A DNA stretch of 26,491 bases, from positions 1-26,491 of the IMG/VR virus record IMGVR_UViG_3300023105_000150; one strand, written 5' to 3'. The position numbers and the translations under genes are program-made. Position 1 is the stretch's first letter. Each line of letters starts with the position of its first letter. The notes under the pieces were generated by a model. The model was not told where the DNA came from. It did not search any database and was given only the letters and a program-made list of their open reading frames with translations. This stretch comes from a virus. Taxonomy: Duplodnaviria; Caudoviricetes. This document shows, one piece after another, positions 16,971-24,800 of this stretch.

Positions 16971-19900
16971 TTATCCAAATATTAATACTTTCTCAATCGC
17001 AATGTTTTCTGCATCTGCAAAACTAATACCACCTGACGAACCTGCAACAGACACCCAACTTGTTCCGTCATATAGTTCAACTCTAGCATCAGACGTATTA
17101 TAACGTATCATGCCTTGTACACCTGCTGGTCTAGTAAAATTATCACCAACTGGTAAAACAATACCATACGGATCAACAAACTCATAGTAGCCGTTACCTG
17201 ATGTTGTAAACACCATATTGCTATTGTTAACAACATTTGTTAATCTATTTCCACTAAAACCAAAGTTTTCAAAATTAACAGATCCTGTTCCATTTGCTGA
17301 CAGTTGTAAGTCTGTATTTGCTGTTACAGTACTTATCAAATTACCATTGACCTCGACGTCATCAACGGTTAGTTTTTCTACATTAAATCTATCTTTGTCA
17401 AGATCTGCAACAACATTTCCTTGGACAGTAAATCTAATAATATCATCATTAGCACCTTCTGTAAGTTCTGCTGTAACTTTAGTGTTGCCGTCTAAATCTT
17501 CTACACCTTTTAAATTAATCCAATTAGATCCGTTGTAACCTTCAAATCTGTTTCTTTCAGTATTCCATCTAATTGCACCCGTAACATCTGTACGTTGTGC
17601 ATTTGTACCTTGTGGTATTACAACTTCGCCAGTGCCTGCAAATACAACACTGTTATCGCCTGCACTGATTTCTAAATCACTATTTGAAATAGTAATTTGA
17701 TTTGCATTAATTGCAATATCATCAATAATAATACTACCTGTACCGTTTGCACGTAATTCTAAATTACTGTTGCTTGTTGTTGTAGTAATATAGTTGTCGT
17801 CTACAAGTATATCGCCTGTAGTAAAGTTGTTTGATGTGATAGTACCAACACTAACAATATCTCCAACTGTTAATGTTCCGTCCACTGTAAGATTATTTGT
17901 TATTACAACATTATTGTTTGGAACATATATAGAACCTGTTCCATTTCCTCTTAATTCTAAATCTGAATTAGAATCTGTTGTAGTAATAACGTTGTCATCA
18001 ATTAGTATGTTTTCAAACTGGAACGCTCCTGTTACATTAAAGTCTCCGGTTATGTCAAGATCGCCTGTAAGTGCATAGTTACCAGTTTGTGTAGTATTTC
18101 CAACATGTGTAACTGTGCCGTTAATTGTTGTATTAGAAAGTGTTGTCTGACCGTTAACTGTTAGATCTTGTTCTATAACAACATCGTTGCTTGGTACACT
18201 AATTGTTCCAGTACCATTTGCACGTAGCTCTAAGTTTGCATTTGATACTATTGTTTCAACTACATTGTCAAAAACCTTTATAGACTCAGTACTAAAACTA
18301 CTTGCTGTTATAGTCTGAGAACTATTTAAATCTGTAACTGTTAGCGTGCCTTGTATTTCTGCGCTTCCGGTAATTACAACATCGTTACTAGGAATAATAA
18401 CTTTACCTGTTCCGCTTGCACGTAATTCTAAATCACTATTTGAAGCAGTAGTAGTAATAAAATTATCGTTAATTTTAATATTTTCAAATTGTGCAGTACC
18501 AGATACTGTAACATTGCCGGTTATATCAATGTTACCTGTTTGTACAAAATTACCTGTTTGTGTTGTGTTACCTACGTGTGTTATTGTACCTGTAATATTT
18601 GTATCTTGTAAATCTGTTGTTCCGTTAACTGTAAGATTTTGTGCAATCTCAACGTCTGTGCTTGGAATATTTACTTTGCCAGTTCCGTTTGCATTTAATA
18701 CAAGATCTTCGTTTGTAATTGTGTTTTCGATTACATTATTATCAATTAAAATTGTACCGTTAGTAAAACTATCTGCTGTAATTGTGCCTGTGCTTGTAAT
18801 GTCAACAGTTGTAGTAGTACCGTTAACTGTAAAATCGTTTTCAAATACTACATCATTTAAAGGAACGTAAACAATACCTGTACCTGCTGCACGTAATTCT
18901 AAGTCAGCATTTGATGTAGTTGTAGTAATATAATTGTCATCTATTAGTATTTCTTCAAACTGTGCTGCTGCACCAACAGTTAACGATTGTCCTATGTTAG
19001 CATCGCCTGTGAGTGCATAGTTACCAGTTTGTGCTAAGTCACCAACTAGTGTAAACGTACCAGTAATGTTTGTGTCTTGTAAATTTGTAGTTCCATTAAC
19101 TGTTAGATCTTGTTCTATAACAACATCGTTACTTGGTATAAGTATTTCGCCGCTACCGTTTGCTCTAAGTTCTAAATCTGCATTAGAAACAACAGTTTGA
19201 ATAAAGTTATCTCTAATTTGTATATCGCCTACATTTGATTCAACAACGTATAAATTGCTCCAACGTTTAGTGTCGGTACCTAAGCTATAGGTGTCATCAG
19301 TAGCTGGTACTAAGTTACTTTCAATACCTGCAATAATACTAATAGTATCGCCTGCGTCATCACCAATAGTAATATTACCACCAATTGTTACATTGCCTGT
19401 TACATCTAAGTCGCCAGTGATATTAACATCGCTGTTTAAATTTAATTGTCCACTTGCTGGTGTAAAATTAGCATCTCCACTAACTGTTTCAATTGTGTTT
19501 CCACTAAATCTCCAATTACCTGTTTCAATTTTAGTACCGTCGATGAATGTAGTTTGACCGTCTGTATTAAATGTTACACCATCAGTAGTATTAATTGTAA
19601 AATCAGAAACACTAAAGTCTACACTACCAGTTGCTTGATCAACTCTAAATAAATCACCAACTCTAAAGTCGCCTTCGTGATCAACTGAGTTATATCGTAT
19701 TTTTGCACTGTTAGATTCTACAACTTCGTTTGCTTGTATTACTGTTCCAGGGTCGTTAGTAACTTCTTTTCCGTTGCCAATATACGCAAGGTTATGTCCA
19801 ATAGCATACATAAGCACACCTGGACCATCGCCTACTAATCCGTAGTTACCGTACACACTTGCAGAACCTATTGATCTTACTTCAGCACCAAACTCTCTAA

Positions 19901-21701
19901 AATCAACATCTATTATTTCAGTAGCAGTTGCACCGCCGCTTGATGATATGCTAAGTGGAGTATAATCAAAATCTAAAAAGTCTTCTTTTTTACCTTGGAT
20001 CCAAACAACATCGCCATCTACTTCATCAATTGTTCCTGTAATAACTGTTGAGTTATCTGTAGAAGTAAATGTAATTGTTTCTGTTGCTGCAAATGTTCCG
20101 GTAATTCCATCAAGTCTAACTCGTGTTCTACCTGCACCATACTTACCATCGTTGCTATCAAATAAGAAGAAACCTCTATTAGCAAAATATGAGAATGAAT
20201 TCAACCATTCAACTCTAACACCGTTAGTACAAGTAATAGCATCAACACCCGGCGTAATAAACGTTGCCGAATGGAACAACATGCTTGCTTCTCTACTGTT
20301 AGTAGTAGCATACGCACCGTCAATATAAGCACCTTTACCTGCATCGCCTGCATTAAATCCTCTAGGATCTTCTAGTGTAGTTGTGCTACCTTTTGTGATT
20401 ACAGTTATATTTTTAATGTATGGTGAACGACTAGTTACTTCAAAGTCTGTTGCAAAGCGGAAAGCATAACCGTTGTCTGGAAATATTCTATTGCCGCCAT
20501 TACAGCTAAATGTTAAATCGCTAATAAAAACATTTGTTCCTATACCTGCGTCTGGACCTGCGTGTGTAATAACAACAACGCCTGTAGTATGATCATATGT
20601 TGCATTAGTTATAGCATAATCAGTGCTACTAATATTGATAGTTCCGCCACTGACATAAGTATGAGCAAAAGGAGCAGTGCCAACATTGATGGTCGCACTT
20701 CCTGCACTTGCTGCTGTTGTTTCATAAAAGTTTCCGCCGCTATAAAAGTCTGCAATAGTGATATCTTCTATTGTAGCTTCACCGTTTAGTAAGAATGCAT
20801 CGTTGTATCTTGTTTCTGTAGTAGGAACAATTTTAACTGATCTAAGACCTTCGCCTTTTAAAGCTACTCCTACCGGAACACTAATAGGAAATATTTCAGT
20901 ATAGATACCAGGTGCAATATGAACAGTATCGCCGTCTGTTGCAACACTTAATGCATGTTTAATACTCCCAAATGGATCTTGTGGATGGTCGCCTGAATGA
21001 TTGTCTTCGCCGTTTTCTGCAACGTAATAAATGTTACCTTGTCTTAGTGTTAGATCAACTCCGTCTACAATAGTTAAATCAGCTTCAATTGCAGTTGCTC
21101 GTAGTTGATTAACATAAACGTCTTTCCAGGCTTTAGTAGCTGTACCTAGTTGATAAGTGTTATGCTGATCTGGAATAATATCTGAAGAAACTTCAGCGTT
21201 AAAAACAACATAATCTGTATCAGCATCACCTAGTCTAATACTTCCGTCTGCACTAATATCTCCAGTAGCATGTATGCTACCATTTACATCCATGTTACCA
21301 TATACATCTACAAGACCTGTGCCGTTTGGACGAAGTTCTAAATCTGCGTTAGAATCATTTGTACTAATAACATTGCCTTCAATATCAATGCTGTCAATAC
21401 GAAGTTTGTTTTGATAAACAATATTATCAAAACTACCTAAATTTAAATATGGTTGATTAGACGAAATTGTAGAGCCTTGAACAGTTATATCAGCTATATC
21501 TGCTCTGTTGTCTACTATAAGATTAGTTGTTTGAAGTGTTCCGTTAACTTGTAATTCGTGCGTAGGAGCTGTGGTCTTGACGCCAACACGCTGATTATTA
21601 ACATCTAAATATAGAAGGTCAGTCTCAAATGCCAAATCAATCCCATTACGGATCAAGTTTGACTTCAAGAGCGGACCGCTAATACGACCTAGTGCGCTCA
21701 T
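16971..21701 (-). CDS. Long tail-fibre-like structural protein, 1576 aa: beta-helix-like N-half, periodic 'DN.ITT..SN.DLELRA.GTG' shaft, C-terminal 'G....RP...G.IRYNT....E.Y.G..W' motifs
   Basis: Long ORF with AAGGAG RBS. Thr/Asn/Gly/Ile-rich beta-fibre repeats. Paralogous to the upstream gene. Confidence 0.85.
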   Translation of the reverse strand: MSALGRISGPLLKSNLIRNGIDLAFETDLLYLDVNNQRVGVKTTAPTHELQVNGTLQTTNLIVDNRADIADITVQGSTISSNQPYLNLGSFDNIVYQNKLRIDSIDIEGNVISTNDSNADLELRPNGTGLVDVYGNMDVNGSIHATGDISADGSIRLGDADTDYVVFNAEVSSDIIPDQHNTYQLGTATKAWKDVYVNQLRATAIEADLTIVDGVDLTLRQGNIYYVAENGEDNHSGDHPQDPFGSIKHALSVATDGDTVHIAPGIYTEIFPISVPVGVALKGEGLRSVKIVPTTETRYNDAFLLNGEATIEDITIADFYSGGNFYETTAASAGSATINVGTAPFAHTYVSGGTINISSTDYAITNATYDHTTGVVVITHAGPDAGIGTNVFISDLTFSCNGGNRIFPDNGYAFRFATDFEVTSRSPYIKNITVITKGSTTTLEDPRGFNAGDAGKGAYIDGAYATTNSREASMLFHSATFITPGVDAITCTNGVRVEWLNSFSYFANRGFFLFDSNDGKYGAGRTRVRLDGITGTFAATETITFTSTDNSTVITGTIDEVDGDVVWIQGKKEDFLDFDYTPLSISSSGGATATEIIDVDFREFGAEVRSIGSASVYGNYGLVGDGPGVLMYAIGHNLAYIGNGKEVTNDPGTVIQANEVVESNSAKIRYNSVDHEGDFRVGDLFRVDQATGSVDFSVSDFTINTTDGVTFNTDGQTTFIDGTKIETGNWRFSGNTIETVSGDANFTPASGQLNLNSDVNITGDLDVTGNVTIGGNITIGDDAGDTISIIAGIESNLVPATDDTYSLGTDTKRWSNLYVVESNVGDIQIRDNFIQTVVSNADLELRANGSGEILIPSNDVVIEQDLTVNGTTNLQDTNITGTFTLVGDLAQTGNYALTGDANIGQSLTVGAAAQFEEILIDDNYITTTTSNADLELRAAGTGIVYVPLNDVVFENDFTVNGTTTTVDITSTGTITADSFTNGTILIDNNVIENTITNEDLVLNANGTGKVNIPSTDVEIAQNLTVNGTTDLQDTNITGTITHVGNTTQTGNFVQTGNIDITGNVTVSGTAQFENIKINDNFITTTASNSDLELRASGTGKVIIPSNDVVITGSAEIQGTLTVTDLNSSQTITASSFSTESIKVFDNVVETIVSNANLELRANGTGTISVPSNDVVIEQDLTVNGQTTLSNTTINGTVTHVGNTTQTGNYALTGDLDITGDFNVTGAFQFENILIDDNVITTTDSNSDLELRGNGTGSIYVPNNNVVITNNLTVDGTLTVGDIVSVGTITSNNFTTGDILVDDNYITTTTSNSNLELRANGTGSIIIDDIAINANQITISNSDLEISAGDNSVVFAGTGEVVIPQGTNAQRTDVTGAIRWNTERNRFEGYNGSNWINLKGVEDLDGNTKVTAELTEGANDDIIRFTVQGNVVADLDKDRFNVEKLTVDDVEVNGNLISTVTANTDLQLSANGTGSVNFENFGFSGNRLTNVVNNSNMVFTTSGNGYYEFVDPYGIVLPVGDNFTRPAGVQGMIRYNTSDARVELYDGTSWVSVAGSSGGISFADAENIAIEKVLIFG
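17757..19172 (-). repeat. Three 471-nt (157-aa = 91+66) tandem shaft units
   Basis: Equivalent codon of L(E)LRA at 19170, 18897, 18699, 18426, 18228, 17955 and 17757, alternating 273 and 198 nt. 35-nt identity between 18154..18188 and 19096..19130. Confidence 0.9.
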
Positions 21702-21706
21702 TCTAT

Positions 21707-21820
21707 CTCCTTACACGGGGATCCTGTCCCTCTACCCAAATTTTCAGCTTTCGCTCTTTGCCGGATAACCACAGTTCGTCCTGCTCAGCATCAGTCTGAC
21801 TGATTGGTCTTGCTTTGCAT
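21707..21820 (-). ncRNA. Candidate structured cis-regulatory RNA leader (family not recognised)
   Basis: GC-richer intergenic segment downstream of GATAAATA, with several stems, a GAAA tetraloop and a possible pseudoknot, ending at the RBS. Folded by eye only. Confidence 0.55.
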
Positions 21821-21826
21821 TAATAG

Positions 21827-21834
21827 TATTTATC
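21827..21834 (-). promoter_or_regulatory. Late-promoter-like GATAAATA
   Basis: 7/8 match to TATAAATA, intergenic, directly ahead of the structured leader. Confidence 0.55.
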
Positions 21835-21856
21835 GATTATTTAGAAAAGTGCTTTG

Positions 21857-24800
21857 TTAGCCATAGATTAGAGTCTGTATGAACGCTTCTTCTTCCATGT
21901 CATCTTCGGAGATACTAGCAAATTCACCTGCAGAAGTTCTCCACTGATCACCTACCCAAGTTTCAAGTTCGCCTGTATCTGTATTAACTCTTGTCATTCC
22001 TAAAGGAGGATTAACCGGACGCTGCGATTCAGGACCGGCTGGCCATTTGATAGCTTTATCGCCTTCAAATGTTACCCATCTAAAACTATCACCTGATGTT
22101 TTAAATTCAAAGTTAGTATTAACCGGAAGAGATATTTCATTGCCTTTAATTGTAAAGTTATCTATTGTAATACTACCTGTACCATTAGTAACAATATCTA
22201 AATTACTATTACTAACATTGGTTCTAATTTCATTGCCGTCAAACAAAATATCATCTACTTGTAAACCATGTAGCTGTACATTGTTAGTTGTTATTTCAGC
22301 AACTTTATTAGTCGAATCTTGTGTGTATCCGTTAACAAATATTTGTATATCATCACTGTTAGTTACACTAATTCCAGTAAGCCCGTCTGCACTGTAAACG
22401 CCGCCGACATTTATATAATCAACAGATCCTTTTATTTCAAATAAATTTGTGTCTGTGTTAAATCTTAAACCTGCTAGTGTGCTAGGACGTTCTGCTGTTG
22501 TACCATTTGGTAATACCATTGCATTAGTAGATGTTAGCGTAGTAGACTCTGTTTCTAAATCAAATGTTAGTATTCCTTGGTGTGTACCTATTTTATTATC
22601 AACAAAGAATAAGTTATTTTGGAATAATTTTTCTCCGGTGCCGTTAGCACGTAACTCTAAATTTGAATTGCTGTTTGTAGTTGCAATAACATTATCAAAT
22701 AGTTGTACATCAGTTGACAATTCAATTGTATCTAGCAATACTGTATTTTGTACTGTAATAGATTGCACATCATTTAGAGATCCCACATCAATATTATTGT
22801 TAACTTGTACATCTTCTAGTCTTACAACACCTGTACCTGCTGCTCTAAGTTCAAGATTTGCATTTGAACTAGTAGTTGTAATAACATTATTGTCTATTTG
22901 TATTTCTTCAAGATCGATTCCTCTATCAAGAGTAATTTGTCCGTCTAGTGTAAAGTTGCCGTTAACTGCTACATTACCAGTTTGAATTATATTACCTGTG
23001 TGCAGCAAAACACCTGTAACAGAAATATTATCGATATCAGTATTACCGTTTACAGTAAGTGCATTATTAAATACAACATCGTTACTAGGTATACTAACTA
23101 TTCCTGTTCCACTTGCTCTAAGTTCTAAATCTGCATTAGAATCTGTAGTTTGAATAAAGTTATCATCAAACTCTACAGTACCGTCAATAATAATTTCGTT
23201 TAGGTCAACATCGCCTGAGATATTAATTGTGTTTGCAGTTAGTGTTCCGATGTCTACATTTTGTGTTACGTGAATGTCTTCTTCAACAACTACTCTGCCA
23301 GTGCCGCTTGCACGAAAATCTAAATCACTGTTGCTTATTGTTGTATGTAACAAGTTTCCTGTGATTTCAATATTTTCTAATTGAACATTTCTATCAAGCG
23401 TAAATTGACTAGTTGTAAAATCACCAGTATGCGTTATATTACCTGTGTTTTGTGTATTTCCTACGTGTGTATGTGTTCCAGTGATGTTTGTATTGAGTAT
23501 TGTAGTTAATCCGTTAACTGCAAAGTCTTGTCCTGCTTCAACATCGCTGTTAGGAATATCAATAATTCTGTCTGCTGCAAGATCTAAATCTGCATTACTA
23601 ATAACTGTTTTAATTTCGTTTGTAGTTATGTCAATAGTGTTATTAGTAAAAGTAACAGCTTCAACTTCTGTAGTAACGTTCATGTCGCTGGAATACATTG
23701 TTCCGTTAACTGTAAAGTTATTTTCTATAACAGTATCTGCATCAGTAACTCTAACATTACCAACACCGTTAGCTCTAAGTTCTAAATTTTCGTTTGTAGG
23801 ATCTGTAGTAATGACGTTACCTTTAATAGATATAGTTTCAAATATACCGTCAAGTGCAACGTCTAAGTTTTGTCCTACAATAAAGTCGCCTTCGAGATTG
23901 AGATCGTCAGTAAATTGATTTATTTCAGAGATATAAATGTTATAATAAATTCGGTCAACTAAAGAATTAAAGTTACCTTCAATAATATCAACATTCCATA
24001 TAACATTTGAAGCTCTTGAGTTTACTATATTAACACTGTCTAAAGAAGTTATTTGCAATATTGCTAAGTATGTTTCCGGAGTTGCTTGATCTTCAATAGC
24101 AATGTAGTCACCTATTGCATATGTAGGAGTTGGATTAGGATTAGTATATCCTAGTGCAAATTGCCAAGCCCCTGGTGTAACTTCATTTATTCTAAATTGT
24201 CTACGTCTAGTGTTATTAATTGGAGAACTATCTCTCCAAAATCTTTCATAAGAATCAATTCTAAATTGCTGTGCTTCGTTGTCACCTATTAAAGATAATG
24301 TTCCGTATACAGTTAAATTTTGTAAATTAATATTATTGCCAACAGTAAAATCTTGCTGGGCAGTAACATCATTGCTAGGTATACTGACTGTACCAGTTCC
24401 GCTTGCTCTAAGTTCTAAGTTTGCATTGCTTACATCTGTGGTAATATAGTTGTCGTTTATTTCTATATCGCCAAAGTTTGCACCGCCTAAGTGTGCTGTA
24501 GTCCACACTTTATCTACTAAACCTAAGCTGTATACTTCTGTTTGATTAGGATTTAAATCTTGTGTAAATTCGACATTGAAATCAATTGTATCAACTGGTG
24601 TGTCACCTATTTCTAAATCGCCGCCATAACTAAATGATCCGTTGATTGCTAAGTTACCGTCAGCAAGTGTGTTTGCTGTAATATTAGTTGTATTAGTTGC
24701 AGCATCTATGTCTATATCACCGATAACACTTTCTATTGTGTTGTCTCGAATATTAAAGTTGCCTACTTCAATACCTAATCCGTTAACTATAGTTCTATTA

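Noticed and set aside
21745-21800. Hammerhead ribozyme (CUGAUG...GAAA) or c-di-GMP-I riboswitch in the leader
   Set aside because: The core reads CUGAUGC, not CUGAnGA, and lies within a stem. Stem order does not fit, and the GGCAAA/GAAA resemblance lacks the rest of the c-di-GMP-I consensus.
23912-24275. Intein or intron as explanation of the 360-nt insert
   Set aside because: No Cys/Ser start or His-Asn end and no LAGLIDADG motif; the frame is open throughout with no group I/II features.
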